Shown: piece by piece, positions 1 through 8,616 of the stretch
Position numbering within the stretch: the stretch's first letter is position 1
How the letters are laid out: each line of letters opens with the position of its first letter
Assembly: GCA_037446635.1 (NCBI GenBank)
Contig: JBBIIG010000003.1
Location: 66,635-130,634 of the forward strand
Direction of reading: 5' to 3'
DNA: 64,000 nt
Origin: a bacterium
GTDB lineage: Bacteria > Zhuqueibacterota > Zhuqueibacteria > Oceanimicrobiales > Oceanimicrobiaceae
Translations under genes and position numbers: made by a program
The notes under the pieces: model-generated
Databases searched by the model: none
Told to the model about the DNA's origin: nothing
Seen by the model: the letters and a program-made list of their open reading frames with translations, nothing else

Positions 1-174
1 GTCGCGCAGTTATCGCCCAAACAGAAGACGGTGTTTGTGCTGCGGCATTATCAGGGCATGAAGCTTCAGGAGATTGCGAACATTCTCAAGTGCTCGGAAG
101 GCACCGTCAAAAATTATCTTTTCCGAGCCACGCAGAAAATGCAAAGTTTGCTGAGGGAATATTCAAAAATTTAA
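1..174 (+). CDS. ECF RNA polymerase sigma factor, C-terminal region 4 (5' end outside window)
   Basis: Frame 1 reads VAQLSPKQKTVFVLRHYQGMKLQEIANILKCSEGTVKNYLFRATQKMQSLLREYSKI*, a typical sigma70 region 4.2 HTH. It lies directly upstream of an anti-sigma gene. Confidence 0.9.
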   Translation, partial: VAQLSPKQKTVFVLRHYQGMKLQEIANILKCSEGTVKNYLFRATQKMQSLLREYSKI

Positions 175-217
175 CACATTGGAGTCAAATCTAATTTGAC
201 GGGGATTTGATTATTAA

Positions 218-288
218 CAGATTCCTCACTCCGCCAATCGGCAGAGCCGATCCGCTTTTGCGGAAAAACGTCGGGGTTCGGGATGACA
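218..288. repeat. REP-like palindromic element (CAGATTCCTCAC...GTTCGGGATGACA family)
   Basis: Ends match the reverse complement of 60478-60520. Internal hairpins ATCGGC/GCCGAT and TCCGC/GCGGA. Confidence 0.65.
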
Positions 289-332
289 GGGCAATAGGAT
301 CAAACTTAATCAAGCTCTAAATAAAAGGACCC

Positions 333-1289
333 ATGAAAAAAAGCAAACACATTGAAAAACTGATCCCGCTCTATTTTTACGATGAGCTGAGCGCGATCGA
401 GAAACAGCAGATGGAGGCGCACCTCGAGGATTGCGAGCTGTGCCGGCAGCGGTTCGAGGAGACGCGGCTTTTGCACGAGGCGCTGGATCGCAAAATTGTG
501 ATGCAGCCTTCTGAACAGGTGCTAACTCAAGCGCGGGCGCAATTGCGTGATCGTCTGCGTCAGGAGAAACTGGCGCGCTTGCGCGATCCCTGGTGGCAGC
601 GGCTTTCCGATTTCATCTCCAATGCAAAGCCGGCGTGGCAACTGGCGGGCGCCGCCGCGTTGTTGGCGATCGGTGTAATGGCTGGCAAACTTGTGTGGGC
701 GCCGTCGGCGGCGCGCCCGACGGTTTCGGCGCCGGCCGCCGGCATCCAGTCGCCGGAGGCCGCTTCCCCTTTCATCAGCAACATCGATCTGATTGAATAT
801 GATCCGCAAACCGGCAACGTCACCATCAAATACAAAAGCATCAGCGATGTGCTGGTGCAGGGCAAAGCGGATGATGAACCCATTCGCAATTTGCTGGCTT
901 ACGCCATTCGCACCGAGGGCAATCCGGGGCGACGGCTGGCGGCGGTGAAAGCCGTCAGCAGCCAAACCTCGTCGGACGCGGAGTTGGAGAACGCGCTGAT
1001 TCACGCGCTCGAAAACGACACCGTCGATGGCGTCCGCTTGCGCGCGGCTCAGGCGCTGCGCTCGCTGCCAATGAATGACGTCATCAAAAAAGCCTTCATT
1101 CGAATTTTGATAAAAGATCCCAATCCTTCCATTCGTATCGTGGCCGTGGAGGCGCTGAGTCAGGTGAAGGAAGAAGCAGACGTGCTGCCGGTTTTTCAAG
1201 ACGTGGCCAAAGACGACGAGAACGACTTTATTCGCTTAAAAACCTCCAGCGCTCTGGAGCGACTGGAAAATCCAAAAATAGAGAAATAG
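333..1289 (+). CDS. Anti-sigma factor with zinc-binding zf-HC2 domain, one TM helix and C-terminal HEAT repeats
   Basis: HLEDCELC (HxxxCxxC), hydrophobic segment LAGAAALLAIGVMAG, and HEAT-like repeats such as VRLRAAQAL and IRIVAVEAL. Confidence 0.85.
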   Translation: MKKSKHIEKLIPLYFYDELSAIEKQQMEAHLEDCELCRQRFEETRLLHEALDRKIVMQPSEQVLTQARAQLRDRLRQEKLARLRDPWWQRLSDFISNAKPAWQLAGAAALLAIGVMAGKLVWAPSAARPTVSAPAAGIQSPEAASPFISNIDLIEYDPQTGNVTIKYKSISDVLVQGKADDEPIRNLLAYAIRTEGNPGRRLAAVKAVSSQTSSDAELENALIHALENDTVDGVRLRAAQALRSLPMNDVIKKAFIRILIKDPNPSIRIVAVEALSQVKEEADVLPVFQDVAKDDENDFIRLKTSSALERLENPKIEK

Positions 1290-1307
1290 ATTTTAAAGGA
1301 GAATAGC

Positions 1308-2597
1308 ATGATGAAGAAGCTTGAAAGAACATGGCTGGTTTGGGCTGCGAGCTTGTTCGTGTTGATAATATTGAATGATGAAAGCCATTCACAGGAGCTG
1401 ACCAAAAAGGGGCGATATTACATCGCCGAGGTAACCAAAAATTTTACCGCCAGGCCCGGCGGCACGCTGCGAATTTACGACATCCGCGGCAACGTGGATG
1501 TGCAGAGCTGGGATAAAAACGAAGTGCTGGTTAAAGAATACAAAAAAATTGATGCTCGCTCTGAGCGCGAGGCAAAAGAGATTCTGGAAAAATCCCGCTC
1601 CGGTTATTCCCAACGCGGAGACGTGATTGAAATTGGCGGCGATTATTACGATCGCGATTGGATGGAAAGCGACTACGTGGTAACCGTCCCCAAAAATTTT
1701 AATGTTGATATTCGAACCCGCGGCGGCGATGTGAATGTTGGACATCTAACCGGCAAAGTTGACCTGATGACTTCCGGCGGCGAAATTCGTTTGAATGATA
1801 TCGATGGCCCGGTGGACGCGAAAACCTCCGGCGGCGATATCGAAGTCATCAACTCGAAGCAGCGCACCAGCGTCTCCACCTCCGGCGGCGATTTGGATTT
1901 GGAGGACATCGGCGGGCCGCTGATTGCCAAAACCTCCGGCGGCGACATCACTCTGCGCGGCTCGCGGGACCGCGCCGTCATTCACACTTCCGGCGGCGAC
2001 ATTTTCATCAGCGATGCCGGCGGCGCGGTGGAGGCGCACACCTCCGGCGGCGATATTGAAATTTCCAATACCAAAGGCGCGGCGGAAGTGCACACCTCCG
2101 GCGGCGACATCCAGTTGCGCAATATCGGTGGCACGCTGCAAGCCTCCACTTCCGGCGGCGATATTGTGGGCCGCGGCATTCAGGGCGGCGCGGAAATTTC
2201 CACTTCCGGCGGCGAAATTGAATTGTTGGATGTGAAGGGCGGCGTCTATGCCAAAACCGCCGGCGGCGATATCACGGTTGAGATTACGCTGACCGATTTT
2301 AAGGTGGATCACCGCACCAGTTTGCGCACCGCCGGCGGCGAAATTACCCTCTACATTCCGGAAAAAATGCCGGCCTCCATTCGCGCCGAAATTGAAATCA
2401 CCGACCGCTGGGAAGACTACAATATCTATTCCGATTTTCCGCTCACCAGCTCATCGGAGTCCAGCAGTGGCGAAAGCCGGCGCTGGCGCAGCCGCAAATT
2501 TATCCGCGGCGAAGGCGACATCAACGGCGGCGGCGATTTCATCGAGCTGTACACCACCGACGGCGACATTCACATTAAAAAATTGCTGAAAAAGTAG
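1308..2597 (+). CDS. DUF4097 family beta-strand repeat protein, exported
   Basis: N-terminal signal-like segment and many 19-aa repeats with a TSGGDI core. Confidence 0.85.
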   Translation: MMKKLERTWLVWAASLFVLIILNDESHSQELTKKGRYYIAEVTKNFTARPGGTLRIYDIRGNVDVQSWDKNEVLVKEYKKIDARSEREAKEILEKSRSGYSQRGDVIEIGGDYYDRDWMESDYVVTVPKNFNVDIRTRGGDVNVGHLTGKVDLMTSGGEIRLNDIDGPVDAKTSGGDIEVINSKQRTSVSTSGGDLDLEDIGGPLIAKTSGGDITLRGSRDRAVIHTSGGDIFISDAGGAVEAHTSGGDIEISNTKGAAEVHTSGGDIQLRNIGGTLQASTSGGDIVGRGIQGGAEISTSGGEIELLDVKGGVYAKTAGGDITVEITLTDFKVDHRTSLRTAGGEITLYIPEKMPASIRAEIEITDRWEDYNIYSDFPLTSSSESSSGESRRWRSRKFIRGEGDINGGGDFIELYTTDGDIHIKKLLKK

Positions 2598-2608
2598 GGA
2601 CTGAAAAA

Positions 2609-3592
2609 ATGAAAACGAAAAAAGTATGGCTGCCATTTGCGACCATTTTTTGGTTGGCTGCCAACGCCAACGCCGTCCAAGATTTTGAGCGGCGAATCGA
2701 AAAAAGTTTTCAAGTTCAAAAAGGCGGGACACTGTTTCTAAAAACCGATCGCGGCTCGGTGACAATTCGCGCGCACGCCGCCGAGGAAGTGAAGGTCGAT
2801 GTGATGCTGGAGGCCGACACCCGCAATCGCGAGCGCGCCAAAGAGTGGTTGGACGAGTTTGAGATCAGCTTCGAGCAGCGCGGCAGCGATGTGGACATTC
2901 GCGGCGAGTGGCCGCACGAATGGTCGTGGCACAGCGATCGCTTGAAGGTGCACTTCGATATTCTCGTCCCGCAGCAGTACAACCTCGATGTTGAAACCGC
3001 CGGCGGCAGCATCGACGTCGGCGATCTCAAGGGCGAAGTTAAGTTGCAAACCTCTGGCGGCAGCATCACTACGGGGCGCATCGGCGGTCCGGTTTCGGCG
3101 CACACTTCGGGCGGCAGCATCTCGATTGCCGGCGCCAAAGGCGAAACCGTGGCGCACACCGCCGGCGGCGGCATCACCCTCGGAGAAATCGACGGCTCCG
3201 CCGACGCCAAAACCTCTGGTGGCTCGATCACAGTGGAAGGCGTCAACGGCGATCTGCAGGCGCGCACCTCCGGCGGCAGTCTGCGGCTGCAAAACGTCAG
3301 CGGAAATCTAATTGCTAAAACTTCCGGCGGCTCGATTACCGCCCGCTTGCTCAAGCAGATCAATGCGCCGGCGGATCTCGAAACCTCCGGCGGCAGCATC
3401 CGCTTGGAGATTCCTCCCGATTTCAAAGCCGATATCGACGCCTCCACCTCCGGCGGCCGCGTTTACGCCGATCTACCCATTATAGTTCGCGGCGTCATCG
3501 ACAAAAGCGATTTGCGCGGCAAACTCAACGGCGGCGGAGCGTTGATCACCCTTCGCACCTCCGGCGGCAGCATCGAGATTCGCGAGCGGTAG
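2609..3592 (+). CDS. DUF4097 family beta-strand repeat protein, exported
   Basis: Signal peptide ending ANANA and TSGGSI repeats. Paralog of the upstream gene. Confidence 0.85.
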   Translation: MKTKKVWLPFATIFWLAANANAVQDFERRIEKSFQVQKGGTLFLKTDRGSVTIRAHAAEEVKVDVMLEADTRNRERAKEWLDEFEISFEQRGSDVDIRGEWPHEWSWHSDRLKVHFDILVPQQYNLDVETAGGSIDVGDLKGEVKLQTSGGSITTGRIGGPVSAHTSGGSISIAGAKGETVAHTAGGGITLGEIDGSADAKTSGGSITVEGVNGDLQARTSGGSLRLQNVSGNLIAKTSGGSITARLLKQINAPADLETSGGSIRLEIPPDFKADIDASTSGGRVYADLPIIVRGVIDKSDLRGKLNGGGALITLRTSGGSIEIRER

Positions 3593-3623
3593 AGCCGAAC
3601 AACCGCCAAATTTGCGCGATCAC

Positions 3624-3665
3624 AACAGGCCGCTTCAAGTTACTCGAAGCGGCCTGTTTGTTTCC
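3624..3665 (+). terminator. Rho-independent terminator
   Basis: 13-bp stem AACAGGCCGCTTC / GAAGCGGCCTGTT followed by a T-rich tract. Confidence 0.75.
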
Positions 3666-3678
3666 ACAGAAAAATGGC

Positions 3679-3707
3679 TTGAAAAATTTAGCGAAAACTC
3701 GTACCAT
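3679..3707 (+). promoter_or_regulatory. Putative sigma70 promoter of first Uma2 gene
   Basis: TTGAAA-17 nt-TACCAT. Confidence 0.5.
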
Positions 3708-3736
3708 TTCCACAAGTAAATTTGTGAGAATCTGTT

Positions 3737-4354
3737 ATGGAAACAATGGCAAAAGAAAAGTCCGAAAAAAAAGTCCTGGTGACCGAAGAGGAATTTTTAG
3801 AGATTTGCGACGAGGATGTGCGCGCGGAATTTATTGATGGGAGGATTATCGTGCATTCACCAGCATCATTAATTCATGTGGACTTAAGTGGTTTTGTTTA
3901 CACTCTGGTGAAGTTGTTTGTAAGGAAGCATAAACTTGGAAGAGTAATAGGTAACAATTTTCAAGTTCGGCTGCGTCCTGGCCTGCGGCGCGTTCCGGAC
4001 CTGATGTTCATCGCCAGTAACAACACCGTTACGATTACCGAAACCCAAGTCGATGGCGCGCCGGATTTGGTTGTTGAGATCGTTTCCCCGGATAGCGTGG
4101 AACGCGACTGGCGAGACAAGTTTTTTGAATACGAGATAGCGGGCGTCAAAGAATATTGGGTTCTCGATCACGGCAATCGCCGATTTGAAATCTACTGTTT
4201 GAACGAAAAGGGTAAATACGAAGCTCAGCCGAAAACCAAAGGTGTGGTAAAGTCGCAAGTGCTGCCGGGTTTTTGGCTGAAGGCGGAGTGGTTTTGGCAG
4301 GAACCCCTTCCTGACGAGCTGGCGGTGGCAAAGGAATTGAAGATCAAGATCTGA
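3737..4354 (+). CDS. Uma2 family PD-(D/E)xK endonuclease (copy 1)
   Basis: Motifs RAEFIDG, RRVPDL, GAPDLVVEIVSP and KFFEYEIAGVKEYWV. Confidence 0.92.
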   Translation: METMAKEKSEKKVLVTEEEFLEICDEDVRAEFIDGRIIVHSPASLIHVDLSGFVYTLVKLFVRKHKLGRVIGNNFQVRLRPGLRRVPDLMFIASNNTVTITETQVDGAPDLVVEIVSPDSVERDWRDKFFEYEIAGVKEYWVLDHGNRRFEIYCLNEKGKYEAQPKTKGVVKSQVLPGFWLKAEWFWQEPLPDELAVAKELKIKI

Positions 4355-4502
4355 CTTGAATAAACTATCTATGGCATAATCTCGATAATTATTATTCTTT
4401 CTTACAAAGCGGATGAATGGAGTAGTGGATTGATGGATTGATAAAAATCCAGTGATCCATCAATCTATTAATCCAGTGAATTTATAAATCTAACTCTGGC
4501 TA

Positions 4503-5174
4503 ATGAATCCCACCCCGCGCGTCAAAATCTGCTGCATCCAAAGCGTGGAAGAAGCCTGGCTGGCCATCCGGCACGGCGCGTCAGCGCTGGGACTGGTTTC
4601 GGAAATGCCCAGCGGCCCGGGCGTGATTTCCGAGGAAATGATTACTGAAATCGCTGCCGCCGTTCCGCCGGGCGTGGCCACGTTTCTGCTCACCAGCCGG
4701 CAGGACGCCGAGTCCATCATCGCGCAGCAGCGCCGCTGCCGAGTGAACACTCTGCAACTGGTGGATCGTCTGGAACGCGGCAGCTACGGCGACCTGCGCC
4801 GCGCCCTGCCCGGCATCAAAATCGTGCAGGTCATTCACGTCACCGGCGAGGAATCGGTGGCGGAGGCCGTGGCCGTCGCCCCGCAGGTGGACGCGATTTT
4901 ACTGGACTCCGGCAACCCCGCCCTCAAAGTCAAAGAGTTGGGCGGCACAGGCCGCGTCCACGACTGGCACCTCAGCAAACAAATCCGCGCACGCATCCCC
5001 ATCCCCCTTTACCTCGCCGGCGGCCTCAAACCCGAAAACGTCGCCGAGGCCATTCGACAGGTAAGCCCGTTCGGCCTGGACATCTGCAGCGGTGTACGCA
5101 CCGCCGGCAAATTGGACGAGTCGAAATTGGCGGACTTTTTCGCCGCCGTTCGCGCCGCGTCCCAGGCTGTTTAG
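4503..5174 (+). CDS. trpF: Phosphoribosylanthranilate isomerase
   Basis: VKICCI start, LGGTGRVHDW, LAGGLKPENV and GLDICSGV. Confidence 0.88.
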   Translation: MNPTPRVKICCIQSVEEAWLAIRHGASALGLVSEMPSGPGVISEEMITEIAAAVPPGVATFLLTSRQDAESIIAQQRRCRVNTLQLVDRLERGSYGDLRRALPGIKIVQVIHVTGEESVAEAVAVAPQVDAILLDSGNPALKVKELGGTGRVHDWHLSKQIRARIPIPLYLAGGLKPENVAEAIRQVSPFGLDICSGVRTAGKLDESKLADFFAAVRAASQAV

Positions 5175-5187
5175 CGCCAAAAATCTG

Positions 5188-5216
5188 TTGCATTAATCTT
5201 TGCAAAATCCTACTAT
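5188..5216 (+). promoter_or_regulatory. Putative sigma70 promoter of second Uma2 gene
   Basis: TTGCAT-17 nt-TACTAT. Confidence 0.5.
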
Positions 5217-5251
5217 ATTTTCGAAAAAAAGGCTGTCCGAAAGAGATAATC

Positions 5252-5875
5252 ATGGAAATCGTCACCCAAGAAAGACTCAAGAAAATACCGCGGGATCAAA
5301 TGACCGAAGCGGAGTTTCTGGATATCTGCGACGAAGACCTGCGCGCGGAATTTGTGGATGGGAGGATTATTGTGCACTCACCAGCATCATTAGACCATGT
5401 CGATTTGAGCACGTTTATCGTGACTCTTGTAAAAATGTTTGTCGATAAGCAAAGTTTAGGCAGAGTATTAGGAGACAATTTTCAGGTACGGCTTCGCCCC
5501 GGCCTGCGGCGTGTTCCGGATTTGGTTTTTATTTCCAACGACAACAAAGTCAAGATCACCAAAACCGAAATCGACGGCGCGCCGGATTTGGTGGTCGAAA
5601 TCGTTTCCCCCGACAGCGTCGAGCGCGATTGGCGCGACAAATACTTCGAATACGAAAAAGCCAAAATCCGCGAATACTGGGTGATCGATCCACTCAGCAA
5701 GCGGTTTCAAATGTACTGCTTAAATGCAAAAGGCAAATTTGTTGCACAACCGGCTGAAAAGGGAGCCCTGAAATCGAACGTTCTGCGCGGCTTCTGGCTG
5801 AAACCGGAATGGCTCTGGCAGGAGCCGTCGCCCAACGTGGTGGCGGTAGCCAAAGAGTTGAAGATTAGAATTTAA
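5252..5875 (+). CDS. Uma2 family endonuclease (copy 2)
   Basis: Same motifs as copy 1 (PDLVVEIVSP, EYWVIDP). Confidence 0.92.
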   Translation: MEIVTQERLKKIPRDQMTEAEFLDICDEDLRAEFVDGRIIVHSPASLDHVDLSTFIVTLVKMFVDKQSLGRVLGDNFQVRLRPGLRRVPDLVFISNDNKVKITKTEIDGAPDLVVEIVSPDSVERDWRDKYFEYEKAKIREYWVIDPLSKRFQMYCLNAKGKFVAQPAEKGALKSNVLRGFWLKPEWLWQEPSPNVVAVAKELKIRI

Positions 5876-5899
5876 TTTTTGCAGCTCAAACGGATCATC

Positions 5900-6523
5900 A
5901 TGGAAACAATGACGTCAGAAAAAATCAAGAACATGCCGCTGGATCAATTTATGACTGAAGCGGAATTTCTGGATCTGTGCGACGAAGACGTTCGCGCCGA
6001 ATTTGTGGATGGGAGGATTATTGTGCACTCACCAGCATCTTTTCAACACGTGAGAATTGCAGCCTTTGTAACTACTCTCGTTCAAATGTTTGTTGACAAG
6101 TACAACTTGGGAACCGTATTGGGAGATAATTTCCAACTTCGTATTCGTCCCGGATTGCGGCGCGTGCCGGACTTAATCTTTGTTGCCGCTGAAAACAGCG
6201 TGACCATCACTCAAACCGAAATCGACGGCGCGCCGGATTTGGTGGTCGAAATCGTTTCCCCCGACAGCGTCGAGCGCGATTGGCGCGACAAATACTTCGA
6301 ATACGAAAAAGCCAAAATCCGCGAATACTGGGTGATCGATCCCAGCAGCAAGCGGGTTCAAATCTACGTTCTAAATGAGAAGAACAAATTTGTTGCACAA
6401 CCGGCTGAAAAAGGAGTCGTGAAATCAAGCGTTCTGCGCGGCTTCTGGCTGAAACCGGAATGGCTCTGGCAGGAGCCGCTGCCGAATGTTCTGAAAGTGG
6501 CGAAGGAATTGAAAATAATTTAG
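5900..6523 (+). CDS. Uma2 family endonuclease (copy 3)
   Basis: Same motifs. ATG at 5900 is preferred over the TTG at 5879. Confidence 0.92.
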   Translation: METMTSEKIKNMPLDQFMTEAEFLDLCDEDVRAEFVDGRIIVHSPASFQHVRIAAFVTTLVQMFVDKYNLGTVLGDNFQLRIRPGLRRVPDLIFVAAENSVTITQTEIDGAPDLVVEIVSPDSVERDWRDKYFEYEKAKIREYWVIDPSSKRVQIYVLNEKNKFVAQPAEKGVVKSSVLRGFWLKPEWLWQEPLPNVLKVAKELKII

Positions 6524-6549
6524 GCTTGCTTTGATCTGCTCAAATTGCC

Positions 6550-6577
6550 GTAGAGACGTTGCATGAAAACGTTCTAG
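6550..6577. repeat. GTAG-type REP palindrome
   Basis: GTAGAGACGTTGCATGAAAACGTTCTAG, an imperfect hairpin with a GTAG foot. Confidence 0.5.
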
Positions 6578-6698
6578 GGAATCAAAAAAAAAGATCAGCC
6601 CATCATGAAAGTTTACCTCAAAAAATGGCGCGAGGAATCTGTTTTCGAGGATGTAAAAATATCTGAGCCAGTAAACGCATTTTAGGCAAAAATCAATC

Positions 6699-6977
6699 AT
6701 GCTAATTTGCCGCGTAGTGGGAGACGTCGTCTCCACTCAAAAAAACGTTCACCTCGAGGGACACAAACTGCTGCTGGTGCAGCCGGTCGATCTCGACGGC
6801 AGCACTCCGTTGGGCACTTCGATGATCGCGGTGGACAAAGTAGATGCCGGCGATGGCGATCTGGTGCTGGTCAACAAAGAAGGCGGCTCCGCGCGGCTAC
6901 TGTTGGGGGATGATGAAATTCCAGTGCAGGCGGTGATTGTGGGAGTGATTGATGGGATGGAAGTGGTGAAGCAGTAA
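6699..6977 (+). CDS. eutN: EutN/CcmL family bacterial microcompartment vertex (BMC-P) protein
   Basis: M-x-I-C-R-V-V-G-x-V-V-S-T-x-K start, KLLLVQP, AVDxVDAGxGDLVLV and PVQAVIVGVID. Confidence 0.92.
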   Translation: MLICRVVGDVVSTQKNVHLEGHKLLLVQPVDLDGSTPLGTSMIAVDKVDAGDGDLVLVNKEGGSARLLLGDDEIPVQAVIVGVIDGMEVVKQ

Positions 6978-6978
6978 T

Positions 6979-7179
6979 ATGGAAATTCGGCCAATTAAAA
7001 CTGATGCTGATTACCAAAAAGCTCTCAAAGAAATCGAGAAGCTATTCGATGCTACTCCCGGTTCAAAGGAAACGGATCCTGTCGAGGCTATTAAGTATTT
7101 TATTAAAAGCCGTGGTTTGTCACCCAAAGATTGGTGTGAATTACAGAATCATCTTTTTTTAATTAAGGAGTTGTCATGA
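6979..7179 (+). pseudogene. HigA-like antitoxin remnant
   Basis: MEIRPIKTDADYQKALKEIEKLFDATPGS joins directly to DPVEAIK...GLSPKD. The usual intervening helix and most of the HTH are missing. Confidence 0.65.
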
Positions 7180-7448
7180 AAAATCAACTCGCCGACGAAG
7201 AAACATTTGCTCTGATTGAGTCCGAGGCCAATTTAGAGTCTCTGGTTGAGCAAGTTCAGAAAAGCAAACGGCCATTAATCCTAATGCATGATAGCGAAAG
7301 CAAAGCGGTGCTTCTAAACATCGAGGACTACCAGACTTTGCTTGAGGAATTGGAAGTTCTAAGAGATATTCATGTTGCTGAGGAACAGCTTCGTAACGGT
7401 CAATTCATCAGTAACCGCGAAGCCAGAAAGCGTCTGTTAGGTCGTTGA
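7176..7448 (+). CDS. Phd/YefM family antitoxin
   Basis: LVEQVQKSKRPLIL...KAVLLNIEDYQTLLEELE. Overlaps the toxin start (TGATG). Confidence 0.8.
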   Translation: MKNQLADEETFALIESEANLESLVEQVQKSKRPLILMHDSESKAVLLNIEDYQTLLEELEVLRDIHVAEEQLRNGQFISNREARKRLLGR

Positions 7449-7744
7449 TGAAACTCATTTGGACTGAAAAGGCAATCGAGCGCGTTGAGGCTATTGCCGA
7501 TCACATCGCTCGTGACAGTCCATTTGCAAGCCAAAAATGGAAAACCGAAATTTACCAACGAGTTCAGCCACTGAGGCTTTTCCCCAGAATGGGGAGAGTT
7601 GTACCTGAAACCAACCGAGACGACACAAGAGAGAGCTTCCACGGTGCGTATCGCATTATCTATCGAATTGAAGCAAAAAGAATTGCTGGGTTGACTGTTC
7701 GCCATGGAATGCAACATCTCAAACTCGAAGAAATCAATAAATAA
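7448..7744 (+). CDS. RelE/ParE family toxin
   Basis: MKLIWTEKA...IADHIARDS...[10 protein letters not shown]...YRIIYRI...VRHG. Confidence 0.88.
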   Translation: MKLIWTEKAIERVEAIADHIARDSPFASQKWKTEIYQRVQPLRLFPRMGRVVPETNRDDTRESFHGAYRIIYRIEAKRIAGLTVRHGMQHLKLEEINK

Positions 7745-7749
7745 TTCCA

Positions 7750-8616
7750 ATGAACCTCGACTTCCTGATCGACAAAGTTGTAGATGAAATGACTGCTCAG
7801 CCCGTCCACTCGCACGGCGTGAAAACGCCCGAGTGCAACTGGTGCTGGGTGTGCCCCAACTGCCGCAGCGAGGTGGTGAAAGAGATGGTTGGCAATGGCG
7901 CCAATCGCGTGGGCGCGGGACCGAATTTAGGCCCGATTCACACGAACCTCGCAAAGTACATCGATCACACGTTGCTCAAACCGGAAGCCACCGAAGATCA
8001 AATCATCAAACTGTGCCATGAAGCGGTGCAGTACGGCTTCGCTTCGGTGTGTGTTAATCCGACCTGGGTGCGGCTCTGCCGTGAGCTGACGCGCAACAGC
8101 GACGTGCTGGTGTGCACCGTGGCCGGCTTTCCGTTGGGCGCCAACACGACTGCGGTTAAAGCCTTTGAAACCCAGAAAGCGGTGGAAGAAGGCGCCGACG
8201 AAGTGGATATGGTCATCAACATCGGGCGGATGAAATCCGGCGACTACAATTTCGTGATGCGCGACATCCGCGCGGTGGTAGAGGCCGCGGCCAAACGCGC
8301 AGAAGTCAAAGTCATCATCGAAACCTGTTATCTCACGGATGAAGAAAAAATCAAAGCGTGTCTCTTGGTCAAGGAAGCCGGCGCGCATTTCGTGAAAACT
8401 TCAACTGGCTTTGGCAAACAGGGCGCGACCCTCGGCGACGTGGCACTCATGCGCAAAGTCGTCGGTAGCGAATTGGGCGTGAAGGCCGCCGGCGGCATCC
8501 GCGATTACGAGGTCGCGGCGCAGATGATCGAAGCCGGCGCCAACCGACTCGGCGCCTCCGCCAGCGTGGCTATCATCGGACTGCCCGCCAGAGGCCTTGG
8601 GCAGGCGGGCAAATGA
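7750..8616 (+). CDS. deoC: Deoxyribose-phosphate aldolase with ~65-aa N-terminal extension
   Basis: [33 protein letters not shown] and VKAAGGIR. Confidence 0.95.
   Translation: MNLDFLIDKVVDEMTAQPVHSHGVKTPECNWCWVCPNCRSEVVKEMVGNGANRVGAGPNLGPIHTNLAKYIDHTLLKPEATEDQIIKLCHEAVQYGFASVCVNPTWVRLCRELTRNSDVLVCTVAGFPLGANTTAVKAFETQKAVEEGADEVDMVINIGRMKSGDYNFVMRDIRAVVEAAAKRAEVKVIIETCYLTDEEKIKACLLVKEAGAHFVKTSTGFGKQGATLGDVALMRKVVGSELGVKAAGGIRDYEVAAQMIEAGANRLGASASVAIIGLPARGLGQAGK
8581..8610 (+). repeat. 30-bp palindromic element in frame inside deoC ([10 protein letters not shown])
   Basis: CTGCCCGCCAGAGGCCTTGGGCAGGCGGGC, 27/30 identical to 13973-14002. Confidence 0.8.

Noticed and set aside
1770..3570. ACCTCCGGCGGC motifs recurring every 57 bp, resembling a CRISPR array
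   Set aside because: They encode the TSGG repeats of DUF4097 proteins in frame, vary at synonymous positions, and have no cas genes or leader.
4503..5174. trp operon or attenuator around trpF
   Set aside because: No other trp genes or Trp-rich leader peptide are present. This is a stand-alone trpF-family gene.
3836..6342. Diversity-generating retroelement explanation for the Uma2 variable segments
   Set aside because: Differences are not restricted to adenines, and there is no reverse transcriptase or non-coding template repeat in the window.
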